DNA from: Octopus vulgaris
Taxonomy: Eukaryota
Assembly: GCA_951406725.2 (NCBI GenBank)
Contig: OX597837.1
Coordinates: forward strand, 22,196,001-22,260,000
DNA length: 64,000 nucleotides
Direction: 5' to 3'
Part shown: piece after piece, positions 12,460 to 26,681 of the stretch
Position numbering within the stretch: position 1 is the stretch's first letter
How the letters are laid out: each line of letters starts with the position of its first letter
Notes under the pieces: model-generated
Databases searched by the model: none
Told to the model about the DNA's origin: nothing
Seen by the model: the letters and a program-made list of their open reading frames with translations, nothing else
Program-made: the position numbers and the translations under genes

Positions 12460-13099
12460 AGATGAAAGGCAAAGTCGACCTCGGCGGAATTTGAACTCAG
12501 AAAGTAGCGACGGGCAAAATACCTATTTCTTTATTACCCACAAGGGGCTAAACACAGAGAGGACGAACAAGGAGAAACGGATTAAGTCGATTGTATCGAC
12601 CCCAGTGCGTCACTGGTACTTATTTAATCGACCCCGAAAGGATGAAAGGCAAAGTCGACCTCGGCGGAATTTGAACTCAGAACGTAGCGGCAGACGAAAT
12701 ACCTATTTCTTTACTAAGAGAGGACAAACAAGGACAGACAAACGGATTAAGTCGGTTATGTCGACCCCAGTGCGTAACTGGTACTTAATTTATCGACCCC
12801 GAAAAGATGAAAGGCAAAGTCGACCTCGGCGGAATTTGAACTCAGAACGTAACGGCAGACGAAATACCTTTTTCTTTGCTACCCACAAGGGGCTAAACAC
12901 AGAAAGGACAAACAAGGACAGACAAACGGATTAAGTCGATTACATCGACCCAGTGCGTAACTGGTACTTAATTTATCGACCTCTGAAAGGATGAAAGGCA
13001 AAGTCGACCTCGGCGGAATTTGAACTCAGAACGTAACGGCTGACAAAATACGGCTACGCATTTCGCCCGGCGTGCTAACGATTCTGCCAGCTTGCCGCC
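12460..13099 (-). mobile_element. SINE family B multimer (about 4 bodies, one head)
   Basis: Repeated GATGAAAGGCAAAGTCGACCTCGGCGGAATTTGAACTCAGAA; head only at the right end. Confidence 0.85.
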
Positions 13100-13889
13100 T
13101 TGCACATTAGAAAATGAAGTCATGAATACGTTTCCATTGTTCCCATTCCACCAACAGGAAGAAATGGTCCTGGTTAAAATACCATAGGCCAAAGGTCAGC
13201 TTGACCTGGGTTGGTTTTGGCTTAACCCTGAGTTAGAAACAGTTTCAATTGGATATCACCATTTACATCGCAAACACTTCCGTTTGGAACGTACAACATA
13301 AGTAGCAATAACAAGCAGCAGCCGCGTCTGTGACGTCAGAACTTTTCGCAGAAAACAAATTGATTGGGAGGGGGGGAAAAGGGATGAGGCGAATACCTGA
13401 GACGTACACATACATATAAACCATTACACTTACACACGTAGGAGTGGCTGTTGGTAAGTTGTTTGCTTACCAACTACATGGTTCCAGGTTCAGTCCCACT
13501 GCATGGCACGTTGGGCAAATGTCTTCTACTATAGCCTCGGACCAACCAAAGCCTTGAGAGTGGATTTGGTAGACGGAAACTGAAAGAAGCTCGTCGTATA
13601 TATGTATATATATACATATATATGTATGTGTGTGTGTATATGTTTGTGTGTCTGTGTTTGTCCCCCCCCCCAACATCGCTTGACAACTGATGCTGGTATG
13701 ATTACGTTCCGTAAATTAGCGGTTCGGCAAAAGGAACTGACAGAATAAGTACTACGCTTACAAAGAATAAGTCCTGGGGTCGATTTGCTCGACTAAAGGC
13801 GGTGCTCCAGCATGGCCACAGACAGAGGAATGAAACAAGTAAAAGAATAAAAGAATACATACATAGTTTCAAACATACATACATACATA

Positions 13890-13920
<31 letters not shown>

Positions 13921-13951
13921 CATACACACATATATAATACATACATAATAC

Positions 13952-13986
<35 letters not shown>

Positions 13987-14041
13987 CATACACACATATA
14001 TAATACATACATAATACTTACATACATACATACATACATAT

Positions 14042-15530
14042 GTTCAAATTTGGTTATAGAACGAGGAAAGTCAGTACCCCAAACCCAAACCCTGTGCATC
14101 AACGGTGTCCCTATCTCCCCTATTCCATAAAGAATGTTACAAGTACATGTATCATATGAAGGCACTGTGAATAAAGATAGAGTGACCCGAGAATATTAAA
14201 CCAGACTTAGGAAAATATGGCAGTGTATCTGCAGTACCAGTGCTGATCCCATCATTTAGGATACTTGATTGGTCTGTAGAAGAAATCCACCCCATAGATA
14301 TCAAAACCCGCAAAATCCTGGCAACAACTGGGAACTTCCACAGAAACAGTGATATTCACAGGCTCTACCAAAGAAGAAATGAAGGTGGTAGAGGCCTTAG
14401 ATCAGTGAAGATGGCCTTCAAGTGCCGTATGATATCTTTCAGGCAGCACCTGCTAAACAACAGTAGCAAAAATAAATATATTAATGCGGTCCTGAAAAGT
14501 GAAGTGAACATTGTACGAGCTGGCAGTAAACTCTTCAAGAAACACTCTCTCCCATATACAGCCCTAAAGCAGTTGGGCTCCTTTACCTCAGAAAAGACCT
14601 GGATGGAAAGCACTCAAAATACAAAAAAAAAAACATGCATGGATATGTTACCCGGAAGCTTGAAGACAGTAGAATTGACACGAAGCGCAGTCTCTCTTGG
14701 ACATAAGACCACCACATCACATCACACTTTTAAGGCTAAGCGTTTGCAATCTAGGAACAGATTACCACAAAGTACCTGGTGAACAAGAGAGACAGCGACG
14801 CCCTTGTAATCCCAAGGTGCAACCGCATGTGTAGGCTATGTCATGTTTCTGTGAAAGACATTTCGCATTTGATTAGCAGCTGTCCTAAAATGTCGTCACG
14901 GTACTACCTCCCTATACGGAACGATGTTGTAGCTAAAACAATTTACAATGCCATCTGCAAAAAAGACTGTCCTGAAATAAACTTAGAAAATCCCTCTGTT
15001 ATGGAATACATTCATAAACACCAACTTCTGTCAAATGTAAGCATAACAGGGTGATATTGTTGTTTGGGACAGAGGGGCAAAGGTATGCACTATCATAAAG
15101 GTTAGCTGCCCTGCAGATATAAATATCTCTTTGAAAATCAAAGAAAAAGAGGATATCTATGAACAACTGCTTCGAAATCTCCAGCTTCTATATCCAGACT
15201 ATGAATTCATATTCATACTAATAATAATTGGAGCACTAGGTTTTGTTAGTAAATGCTTAAAGGAGAATCTGGATAAACTGGGATTTTCAGAAAGAGAAAT
15301 TGACTGGCTGATTCGTACATTACAAGTGCAATCTGTGAGTGGAACAGTAAAAATATGCAAGACTTTTCTCAAGTTCCAAATGTGAATTTGTCTGTGTTAA
15401 CTATATCCCAAAGATGGAGCCTTGTATCTTTGTTGGAAACTGGCTCCCTCCTCAGTGGAATATTTATAATAATTGAAAAATAGAAGAGACATAAACACAC
15501 GTGCCACGTGCGAATAAAGCGCTTCATACA
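14042..15530 (+). mobile_element. R4/Dong-like non-LTR retrotransposon 3' part (restriction-like endonuclease), decayed
   Basis: RLYQRRNEGGRGL; CCHC knuckle CRLC..ISHLISSC then RND (RHD-like); DIVVWD..KVSCP..KIKEKEDIY..IIIGALG; AATAAA in the 3' UTR; frameshifts. Confidence 0.85.
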
Positions 15531-16002
15531 TGGCCACATACATAGACACAAACCTTATTTATTTCACTAATATCACTCAGCCAAACCAAAATAAATAAAT
15601 AAAATTTCCATTTATAGGCGCTGGCAGTAAGAAGTTTGCTTCCCTACCACATGGTTCCGGGGTTCAATCCCACTTGATTCTTCCGAAAAACTTCTTGATC
15701 AATTTCCCGACGGCAGTAAAATAAATAGGTTGCCTATAAGGGTGTGAAAGATTAAATTCTTCCGCAATTTTGCGATAAGACCATCCCTCTCGTCCACTTA
15801 CGAGTACTAACTCGAATCTTTCTTCTTTAGACAGAGCCATCATTTGATCTGGGTAGAAAAAAATAACATAAATAAATTTAGAAAAGTAAAGTATTTTTTT
15901 TTATTTAATTTAAACAAAAGTAAAAAAGAAAATTAGTATTTCTTATATTTAGTTGTTTTTGTTATGATTTTATTTACTCCATGTACCCAGACTTTGTGGA
16001 CA

Positions 16003-16071
<69 letters not shown>

Positions 16072-16086
16072 CTTACTTACTTACTT

Positions 16087-17418
16087 GTACTAGTGGCGAC
16101 ATTCACCCTGGGCGGGTTGAGTCGGCTTCTTCTACTCATGGAAGAAGTTTCGTGGGAATATGTGGATTTCACAAGCGGTCCCCAGCAATCCCGCATGTAG
16201 AGACATCCTATTTGCCGCAGAATGTCCGCAGACGCAGGGACAGAACAATCGAGGAGCCGCCGGTTGCCGAAGCAGACACTCCGAGGATTTTCACCAGAGC
16301 CCCGTCTGTCGGGTTGTGGCCCTAATACCACTCGGTGTCAGACCAATCCACCTTGAGTGTCGAGCAGTGATCCGGTTTTTGTATTTGAAAGGATGCACAC
16401 CACGGGAGACTTTTGATGAAATGAAAGTAACTTATGGTGATGATGTCCAATCATATGACCTTGTAAAACGCTGGCATCGTGAATTCAAACATGGTCGGAA
16501 CTCTGTGGAAACAGCTCCCAGATCTGGTCGCCCCCTTCTGCCATTGATGAGGCATCTGTCCGTCAAGTTGAGGCTGCCATTTTGGAAGATCGCCAAATAG
16601 CCCATGAGGTCAAGATTAGTACCGGGTCTGTGGAAACTATCATTCATGACCATTTGCATATGCAAAAGGTGTCTGCCAGATGGATTCCCCGGTTGCTCAC
16701 GCCTTTCCAGAAGCAAGAACGTGTTGAGTGCTCGAGGGTGAATTTGGAGATGTGCCAAGAAGATGAGTCAAAATTTTTCAAAAGACTGATTACACAGGAT
16801 GAAACCTGGGTCCATCACGATGATCCAGAGACCAAAGCCCAGTCAATGCAGTGGAAGCACCGTGACTCACCCCCTCCAAAGAAGGCAAGGGTGCAGCCCT
16901 CCGCTGGCAAGGTCATGCTCACAGTCTTCTGGGACCAGGACGGAGTAGTGATGACAGATTTCCTGGCAAAGGGTACCACAATTGCAGGAGCCTATTATGC
17001 TTCACTTTTGAGGAAATTAAGAGAAGTTATCAAAATCAAGAGGCGGGGCAAGATCAGCAAAGGCATCCTCCTCCTGCAGGACAACGCTCCGATCCACAAC
17101 TCACCTGTCGCCAGATCAGAAGCACAGGCGTATGGCTATGAACTCCTCCCCATCCCCCTACTTTCCTGACCTTGCACCCTCTGATTTTCACCTCTTCCCA
17201 ATCATGAAGTTGTTTTTGAAAGGAAAGCGTTTCCCAGATGATGCAGCCTTGATTTCTGAAGTCACGTTGAGGTTGGAGGACCAAGCTGGGTTCTTCTACA
17301 AAAACGGTCTCCAGAGCCGCATCAAACGATGAGAGAAATGTGTAACTCTGGGTGGTTCCTAAGTAGAAAAAGACTAATAACTGTGCCAAGTTTCGTTGCT
17401 CTACTGCTATGGGAAGTG
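16087..17418 (+). mobile_element. Near-full-length mariner (DD34D), frameshifted transposase at ~16350-17360
   Basis: HTH RAVIRFL..RSGRP, WIPRLL, ITQDETW, QDNAPIH, YFPDLAPSDFHLF; TIRs not clearly seen, so the ends are approximate. Confidence 0.9.
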
Positions 17419-17771
17419 GGTATATATACATAATGGGCTTCCGCACAGTTTTTGCTTTCCAATTTCACTCACAAAGCATCGGTCAGCTGAGGGTTATAGA
17501 AGAAGTCATTTGACCAAGGTGCCGCGCGGTTAGCCTGAACCCCAACTTGTTGACCTCAAAGCCTGCGCCTGAAAACATTAATTTAACAAAGAAAAAAAAA
17601 ACGTAAAAGATTGGCTTCCACCTGATATTTGTAACCTCTTGCCCCTCTCAATAACGTAGCACTGCTTTGCATATGAATGGGTGCAGTAGCATATCATTGC
17701 TTTATAAATATGGAACTGTACCGACTGCACTCAGAGTAATCAACCGGTGAATACGAACGATCGCTCGTAAA

Positions 17772-18727
17772 GACGGCGGCGAGCTGGCAGAAACGTTAGC
17801 ACACCGGGCGAAATGCTTAGCAGTATTTCGTCTGCCGTTACGTTCTGAGTTCAAATTCCGCCGAGGTCGACTTTGCCTTTTATCCTTTCGGGGTCGACAA
17901 ATTAAGTACCAGTTACGCACTGGGTCGATATAATCGACTTAATAACTATGTCTGTCCTTGTTTGTCCCCTCTGTGTTTAGCCCCTTGTTGGTAGTAAAGA
18001 AATAAGTATTTCGCCTGTTGCTACGTTCTGAGTTCAAATTCCACCGAGGTCGACTTTGCCTTTTATCCTTTCGGGGTCGATAAATTAAGTACCAGTTACG
18101 CACTGGGGTCGATGTAATCGACTTAATCCGTTTGTCTGTCTTTGTTTGACCCCTCTGTGTTTAACCCCTTGTGGGTAATAAAGAAATAAGTATTTCGTCT
18201 GCCGCTACGTTCTGAGTTCAAATTCCGCCGAGGTCGACTTTGCCTTTTATCCTTTCGGGGTCGATAAATTAAGTACCAGTTACACACTGGGGTCGATGTA
18301 ATCGACTTAACCCGTTTGTCTGTCTTTGTTTGTCCTCTCTGTGTTTAACCCCTTGTGGGTAATAAAGAAATAAGTATTTCGTCTGCCGCTACCTTCTGAG
18401 TTCAAATTCCGCCGAGGTCGACTTTGCCTTTCATCCTTTCGGGGTCGATAAATTAAGTACCAGTTACGCACTGGGGTCTATGTAATCGACTTAGTCCGTT
18501 TGTCTGTCCTTGTTTATCCCCTCTGTGTGTAGCCCCTTGCTGGTAGTAAAGAAATAAGTATTTCGTCTGTCGCTACGTTCTGAGTTCAAATTCCGCCGAG
18601 GTCGGCTTTGCCTTTCATCCTTTCGGGGTCGATAAATTAAGTACCAGTTACGCACTGGGGTCGATGTAATCGACTTAATCCGTTTGTCCCCTCTGTGTAT
18701 AACCCTTTGTGGGTAGTAAAGAAATAA
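17772..18727 (+). mobile_element. SINE family B pentamer (one head + five ~184-bp bodies)
   Basis: TATTTCG body starts at 17824, 18007, 18191, 18375 and 18559; 17-bp TSD GAACGATCGCTCGTAAA at 17755 and 18728. Confidence 0.92.
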
Positions 18728-19039
18728 GAACGATCGCTCGTAAATTACAGTCCCCTTCTGCCTTTAATGTTCTGAGTTCAAATTCCACCGAGGTCGACTT
18801 TACCCTTCATCCTGTAGGGGTCGACAAAATAAGTACCAGTTGATCACTGGGGTCAATGTAATCGACTTACCCCTACCCCCCGAGATTGCTGGCGTTGTGC
18901 CGGAAATTTGAAATCATCATAGAACATCATAGAACACTCGAATCGCAACGAACAAAAGGAAGAAGTAATGTGGTTATTAGTCACGCGCATAACTCATGAC
19001 AATAAAATCCGATTTCATGACGTTTTGGTAAAGCTTTCA

Positions 19040-19593
19040 CTCCTTTCTGTTCCTAGGAGTCAGTTGCTTTCACTATCGTTGTTCGACATTGCTTACGTAC
19101 CACTTGAAAAGGAAAGTGAGAGTAGAGAGGCAAGTTTTGTCTAGCGAATGTTTTAAAAAAAGATGGGTGAATGTAGCAAGAATGGCACGTATGAATGACG
19201 AAGCCACCTTGAGCATGATCCTATGAACCCAGAAATTGAAAACAGAGAGTTGCTTATTCGCAAAAAAAAAAAAAAGAAATATAACATGTGACTCCATTGA
19301 CCGAGGTTACCGTGGTCTTTTCCGTAGGCTTTTCTTTCCACGGGTAAACCTCACCTGTCCTCCCCTTTACACTTCATATTGACATTTCTGTGATAACGAT
19401 CCCTATTGATCAATTTTTTTTTCCTCTCCCCCCTTTTTTTTAACCCCCCTTTTTTTTGTCCTCTTTCTCTCCTTTTACGATCCCTTTTGATCGAAACTCC
19501 CCCTTCCTTTTTTTTTTTTTAAACCTTCAAAAGAAAAGCTCTACCTTGTAATTTGTTCTATCTGTGTGCAGCCCTGTGTGGCTAATAAAGAAA
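19040..19593 (+). mobile_element. L1/Tx1-like LINE 3' end
   Basis: LKRKVRVERQVL..FKKRWVNVARMAR..LSMIL*, T-rich 3' UTR, AATAAAGAAA, then (TATC)n; homologous to 24077-24517. Confidence 0.6.
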
Positions 19594-19596
19594 CAT

Positions 19597-20130
<534 letters not shown>

Positions 20131-20277
20131 GTCTGCCTGCCTGTCTGTCTGTCTGTCTTGTTTGCTTGTTTCTTTCTTTTACGTTAGAAACTTCAGATTC
20201 AGCGTCATTAATTCTATCACGAAACCCCCTCCTCCTCCTCCTCCTCATCATCATCATCGTCATCGTCTTCGTCATCG

Positions 20278-20326
<49 letters not shown>

Positions 20327-21788
20327 TTCAAATGCTTGTACGGGTAAGTCAGTGTTTGTAGAGGCAGATTTTATTTTTCTACGGCCTGATGCGCTTCCTG
20401 TCGCTAACTCTCACCTGTTTCCAAGCCAGGTAAGCATTTCCCAATGACCCCATGGCCGGATATGTTTTCGCAGAACAATGGAAATGACTGATGCTGCTTG
20501 TATAACAGTCACACTCATTTACAACTACCACACTATGTCAAGACACATTACACACACACACAGATACATACATACAAACACACATATGCAACAGGCTTCT
20601 TTCAGTTTCCGACTACCAAATCAACTCACAAGACTTTGGTTGACTCGAGGTTATAGTAGAAGACACCCGCCTAAATTGTTACCCAGTCAAATGCTAATGA
20701 CAACAGCTAATCAATACCATGATCCTACCAGCTATAGGGATCTTTTCCTTTTGAACGGCAGTTTTCAATACAATTTCTAGTTAACTAAACACTTTTAAAC
20801 TTCGTATACTGGTAGAATGTGTCAAAATAAAACATTTTTTTCTCTTGGCTTTCTTGAGAAAATTGTAATTTGTAAGTTTAACGTAGTTTAATTTTTCGAA
20901 TTTTAACCAATCGATGGCCTCTATTGAGCTAAAATCATTTGCTGCGTCTAAAACTGAGACAACATCCTGTCACTGTTATGTTTACGTACAGAAAGCGTGT
21001 GTATAAAATTATAGAATTATTTATCTTCGTTAAAACACTTTAACGCCTATCACAGCCAGAGACGATTTTGGCAGATCGCTAAGACCAACGACCTCGGACA
21101 TTCAAGCAGACGGCCTCGGACATTTGTGCAGACAACTTCGGGTAATTGGACATTACGGCATCCGCCCGCAAGGCTTTGAATCGGCCCAGTGGCCTGGGAT
21201 TATAGAAGATACTTGCCCAAAATGCCACGCAGTGAGAATGTGGTGATAAGTTTGCTTCGCAACCACATGGTTCCGGGTTCAGTCCAACTGCATAGACCTT
21301 GACCAAGTGTCTTCTACTACAGCCTCGGGCCGACCCAAGCCTTGTGAGTGGATTTGGTAGATGGAAACTAAAAGAAGCCTGTCGTATATATATGTGTGTG
21401 TGTTTCTCCCCTTCCATACCACTTGACAACTAGTGTTAGAGTTTTTACGTGCCCGCAACTTAGCAGTTCACCGAAACAGACCGACAGAATAAGTACCAGA
21501 CTTTAAGGAAAATTTTTAAAAAAAGATACTGGGGATGATTCATTCGATTAAAATCCTTGAAGGCGGTGCCCCAGCATGGCTGCAGTCTGACGGCTGAAAC
21601 AAGTAAAGGACAAAATATATCGTACCCAGCAATATATAATTAAAGTTAAAGGTTCGTGAATTTGCTTCAGTTATTATTCCCTGAGCCAGCACATCCCACA
21701 TTGTTACAGTACAGCACGTACATGACAACAATAGTGGTAAGGCTATCCATTGCGAAAATAACGATTTAGACGTTTATAATATATCATC

Positions 21789-22155
21789 ACTAGCAGTATC
21801 GCCCGGCGTTGCTCGGGTTTGTAAGGGAAATAACTATAAAGCATTTTTAGAGAGTTATAGCCAAAAAATAGAAAAAAAATTGGTAAATTTATTTTTGAGA
21901 GTTAAAAAGGTGGAGTTGCGTCCCCTAGACAGTCTGTGGTTTGTGTTTCTGATTCTCGACCCCATGTCGAATTTATCGATTTTTTCAGAACTGGGGAACT
22001 TTTCAAAATTTTCGCTGCGTTAGTTTTGAATTATGACATTGGGCTATGTGTGTGTCAAGTTTCATCAGAATCGGTTGAAAGCCGTGGTCAGGGTGAGGGT
22101 ACAACCTAACAGACACACAGAAACACACACAGACAAACTGCCGTTTATATATAGA
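21789..22155 (+). mobile_element. Helitron/Helentron-type non-autonomous element (HINE-like)
   Basis: ACTAGC...CCCGGCGTTGCTCGGG hairpin at one end, CAGACA..TTTATATATAG at the other; shares its end with 35743-36140. Confidence 0.6.
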
Positions 22156-22389
22156 GAGAAGAGATTAAAGAAAAAAAAACGTACTCAACACAAGCAACAA
22201 AACAACGTCACGACACAGTTTCCGCTAACTGAATCCGCTTGCAAGGCTTCGAGTTCGCTCGGCGGCCTGGGATTATAGATGATACTTGTTCAAAGTGCCG
22301 CACAGCGAGACTGAAACCATGACTACTTGGTAAGAAAGCAAGCTTCTTATCACACACCATGTCATTCTTTATTTTATTTTTTTTTTAGT

Positions 22390-22760
22390 TTTGTATGGCC
22401 TGGTTCCAACTCGGACCGCGGCAATAAAGTCCACCTGTCACACTTCTCAGGTTTAACATCACCGCCTCGAGGCCCTGGATACATTCCAGGCCAGTGTTTG
22501 TGATCAAGCTGTCGATATAAGTGTGTCGACGATTTCCTCTGCTTACGTCACCATGAAGTGGGTTCCACAAGACGAATGTGGTTGCCTCCAGTTCAGGGCA
22601 ACGCATGCAGTGACCAGATAGTCACAGCCATCTTTGCTTGATCTTCTCGCTAATTTTCAGAAGGAATCCATAAAGGTATTCGTTTGTCGTATGTTACTGT
22701 CGTTTCACATTTAGGACCATTCGTAGCGTCCTTATGTAGCAGCCATCTAGCCTTTGTTAT
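22390..22760 (-). mobile_element. RTE LINE 3' fragment
   Basis: LDGCY..LRMVL..GHCMR.PEL..VLWNPLHG..RG..TYID pattern. Confidence 0.7.
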
Positions 22761-24076
22761 AAGTTAATACTTTTATATTGTGCAGTGTTTTCCCTCTAAT
22801 TATGTACTTAACCATCAGCATGCATGGGAACCTTATATTGTGGGCATTTTTTTTTTATATGCGATAAAAGTACATGAACTGTAGATGTATGGCGGTGGAG
22901 GCGCATGGCTTAGTGGTTAGGGGTGTTGGATTCATGATTGTAAAATTGTGGTCTCGATTCCTGGACAGAGCAATGCCTTGTACTCTTGAGTAAAACATTT
23001 AATTTTATGTTGCTTCTGTCCACTCAGCTGGTAAAAATGAGTAATCCTGCGACGGATTAGGGTCCCGTCCAGGAAGGAATATACACACCAGAGAAAATAG
23101 GAACCTGACCCGATGCTCCTTATGGAATAAGGTGGAATAACCAAATGTATAGAGGGCTCTTGTGTAAACAACAGATGAGAGTTCCGTAGCTTCTTGGTGA
23201 ACAACCTTCACAAACGATTTATTTTTAGTGATCAAATGTTTGTGCTGGTACGTTACAGTATCTCATCCACTTTATCAAATCGACATTATATGTACAGACG
23301 TTCGGTGTGCTGGACGTTGGATGTCGAAGCGATCGCAGAGCAACGTGAAATGAAGTGTTTTCGCTCAAGAACATAACGCACCTATAGTCCTGGAATCGAA
23401 ACCAAGATCTTGCAACCGTGAATGTAGCATTCAAATCACTAGATCACGCGCCTTCGCATCCACACGCTGTGTGTATGTGTGTGACTGCGTAATTGGAAGC
23501 GACTTACGAGTTCAGTGGACACAGAACGGTTAGAAAAACCGTTCCCAGCCATTTTTTTTTTTTTACCTATGGACCCCTTTGATTGCTATTTTATTCTGGA
23601 GGACCCCCGTAGCTATCCAATGTTTAAAACTAATTTTATTTGGCGATGTTTCGGTTAATCGACGGAAACGTGTGCTACGACAACCGAAACATCGCCCCTA
23701 GCTGTTTCTTGTAATAAATAAATCTAATGCAAATTTTTTCCTGGACCCTTAAAAATCTACTATGGTTCCTCAATTTACAATTTTGCTTGCATGGACTCCC
23801 AAAGATCTTATATGGACCTCCAGGGGTTATATGGATCACAATTGAGAACCAGTGGGTCAGAGCGTCAGACAAAATAATTTGCAGTTTTTGTTCCGACCCC
23901 TAGCCTCCTGTTAAGGTCATCTTTGCCTTTTATCTTTCTGAGGTCAGTGAAAGAAAGTACTGTGTGTTGAGTTAATCGACTGACCGACCAGACATTCACA
24001 AATTTGTATCTTTATTTCTACTTTAGAAACAATTGCTTCTGGTGACTAACGTTTTGCTGGCATATTAATTTATTTA

Positions 24077-24517
24077 TTTGGCGAAAGAAGTGTGGTAGAC
24101 CAGACTGAAAGGGCTGATACTTTTCCTCTTTGGCCAAGCCCTCATCAACTTTTTCACGTTTCTCTTGAAAATGAAAGTGAGGATGGAGAGATAAATGTTG
24201 CCTCCCAGCAATTTTACTAATAGGTGGGTGAATGTTGCAAAAATGGCCCGAGTGAACAGGTCAACTCTAAGCATGCACCTGTAGGTTGAAGGAGAACAAT
24301 GTGGAGAGAGCATTGTCCTAATGGTCAAGTAACTGTGGATTTGTGGAGTCTCCACGAGTAGCCCTAGGAGATCTCCCTCTTTTAGGGAATTATTCATTGT
24401 TATAATTTTATTTTGTTACTGTTTTTTTTCTTCCACGCCTTTCATGTAACCCCATATTATATCGTCCTGTACCGTCCCCCAATGTTTATTTCTGAACCCC
24501 CAGTGGTTAATAAAGAA
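24077..24517 (+). mobile_element. L1/Tx1-like LINE 3' end, second copy
   Basis: AKEVW*TR..LKMKVRMER..RWVNVAKMAR; AATAAAGAAA then (TAT)n. Confidence 0.6.
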
Positions 24518-24907
24518 AATATTATTATTAATTATTTAAAAAAAAGTAAAGAAATAATAATAATTATTATTATTGAGGTGAAGTGGTGGTAGAATTGTTA
24601 GCACGCTGGGCAAAATGCTAAGTGGCATATTCCGCCGAGGTCGACTATGTCTTTCATCATTTCGATAAACATTGGGGTCGATGTAACCGATTCATTCCCA
24701 CCTCCCCCCCAAACTGTTCTCGTGGCAAAAATTTGAAATAATAATAACAATAATAATAATTATTATTATTATGTATTACATGTAAAGTGTAATAAAAAAA
24801 AACTGGCATTTAGTATCTAACAGAATTTCACACATCTCATTTTCTCTATTATTTCTTTATTACCTACAAGGGGCTAAACAAGGATAGACATCGATCCCAG
24901 TGCGTTA

Positions 24908-25050
24908 GTACAGCCCCTACCCACTTCTGCCCCACCTGTGGGAGGGGCTTTCTTGTCCGGATTGGCCTCACCAGCCACCTCCGGTCTCATAGCAGCAAAT
25001 GATGTCAATGGTCATCTTCGAACCCGAAGGGACGAACATTATTATTATTA
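24908..25050 (+). mobile_element. RTE-BovB-type extreme 3' end (C2H2 finger) inside a family B SINE
   Basis: CPTCGRGFLVRIGLTSHLRSH plus short UTR and (TAT)n. Confidence 0.7.
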
Positions 25051-25883
25051 ATCGACCTCCAAAGAATGAATGACAAAGTCGACCTCAGCAGAAATTGAAC
25101 CCAGAACATAAAGACAGACAAAATACCTATTTCTTTACTACCCACAAGGGGCTACACACAGAGAGGACAAACAAGGACAGACAAACGGATTAAGTCGATT
25201 ACATCGACCCCAGTGCGTAACTGGTACTTATTTAATCGACCCCGAAAGGATGAAAGGCAAAGTCGACTTCGGCGGAATTTGAACGCAGACGAAATATTGT
25301 TTATCTAATGTTTCTGCCAGCTCGCCGCCTTGCCTAATTCTCTCTATAAACCCTTAAAAGAAGGTCAACTGTGTGTGTGTGTGTGTGTGTCGTTTTAAGC
25401 GCAGTCACTTAGTGTCAGTGGAAAGCTGGAGTGATATATACATACATACAAGGGAGTGTCATAGATAAAAAGTTATTAGAAAGTGTGGGTTCAATGCATA
25501 GATAATGTCGTTATAGAGAAACAGCATAAGAAAGAGAAAGAGAAAGATAAAGATAAACGGAATGAGAGAAATGATAATAGACAAATTAACAGTAATAGTA
25601 ATACACACGCACATATATGTATATATGTGTGTGTATATAGAAAGAGAGAGAAGAGGATCAATGAATAGAAAGATAGTGGAAGAAGAGGAACATTAAATAG
25701 AAAGATAGAGAGTAAAAGGAGGGGAACAACAATAAATAAATTAAAAAAATAGAGAGAGGGGTGGAAAAAAAGATGTAAACTAAAGCGGAGAGAGAGAGAG
25801 AGAGAGATAATGTAAATGAAGGAGTGAGTGTGAGGAAAAGACGGAGTGAAGTGTGTGGTGGGGGCTGTTTTGAGAGTGAATTT

Positions 25884-25920
25884 GTATTTTAAACGTAAAC
25901 AGCGATAAGGTTCAGTATTG
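25884..25920 (+). promoter_or_regulatory. Candidate DPYD core promoter (TATA-like plus TCAGT initiator)
   Basis: TATTTTAAA at ~25885 and TCAGT at 25912, about 28 nt apart and ~60 nt upstream of the ATG. Motif-only inference. Confidence 0.4.
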
Positions 25921-25971
25921 TGTGACTCGGGAGTACCTTGTACACAACACTGTTTCACTTCGACTAAAACC

Positions 25972-26007
25972 ATGTCTAATGTATCTTTTGACCCCCCAGA
26001 TATCGAG
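25972..26007 (+). CDS. DPYD: DPYD coding exon 1 (MSNVSFDPPDIE)
   Basis: ATG in AAAACC-ATG context; peptide ends in DIE like human exon 1 (MAPVLSKDSADIE); GTACAT donor; phase 0 joins exon 2 in frame. Confidence 0.8.
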
Positions 26008-26256
26008 GTACATGCATATATTTTCTATCTATTGCTTTTTTTTCCCCAATATTATTAATTTTCTTCTTCTCTTTTACGTATCATTTATTGTTTATATACG
26101 ATATATTTCATGTTTCCACGTTTCTCTCTTGTCTTGTTTATAACATATATGTAAAGTTACAGAGTTTACAACTTGCATCTCGTATAGAGATTTTGGAACC
26201 ACCTACTTTGCTTGCTATATGTATATAATATAATATATAATATATAAAATATATTT

Positions 26257-26681
26257 GGCGATCTTTCGTCTCTAGTAGACCTTTCCGTCGATTTCCGTAA
26301 AAATTTTTTTTTTTTTTTACATATGGGCTTGCGGGAACTTTTGAAGTAATATACATACATATACACATACACCGAGTAAAAAATTTCAGTTATCTCTTTC
26401 TTTCACACATTACTCTGTCTCTTCACACACTAACAGAAGCACTTCACTTACACAACATACTGTCTGTCTCCCACACCCCATCAAACACACACACACACAC
26501 ACATGTACATCAATGCTTCCCATGCACGGTAACTTCAAAAGAACTTCCCTCGTCATACAATCGCTTTCTCTTAGTCTCTTTCGCTCTCATTACTTCAAAA
26601 GTTCCCGCAAGCCCATATGTAAAAAAAAAAATTTTTTTTACGGAAATCGACGGAAAGGTCTACTAGAAACGAAAGATTGCC
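26257..26681. mobile_element. MITE with ~93-bp GGC-start TIRs in DPYD intron 1
   Basis: Same family as 11385-11648; TIR extends through GGAACTTTTGAAGTAAT. Confidence 0.85.

Noticed and set aside
17772-18727. Regular repeat array resembling CRISPR
   Set aside because: Whole 184-bp units repeat with no unique spacers, no cas genes are present, and the context is a eukaryotic SINE.
23537-23854. hAT-like MITE (ends TTGAGAACCAGTG); also partial DNA-element fragments at ~20735-21060 and ~27510-27977
   Set aside because: Only one terminus or weak similarity is visible, and no TSD could be confirmed.
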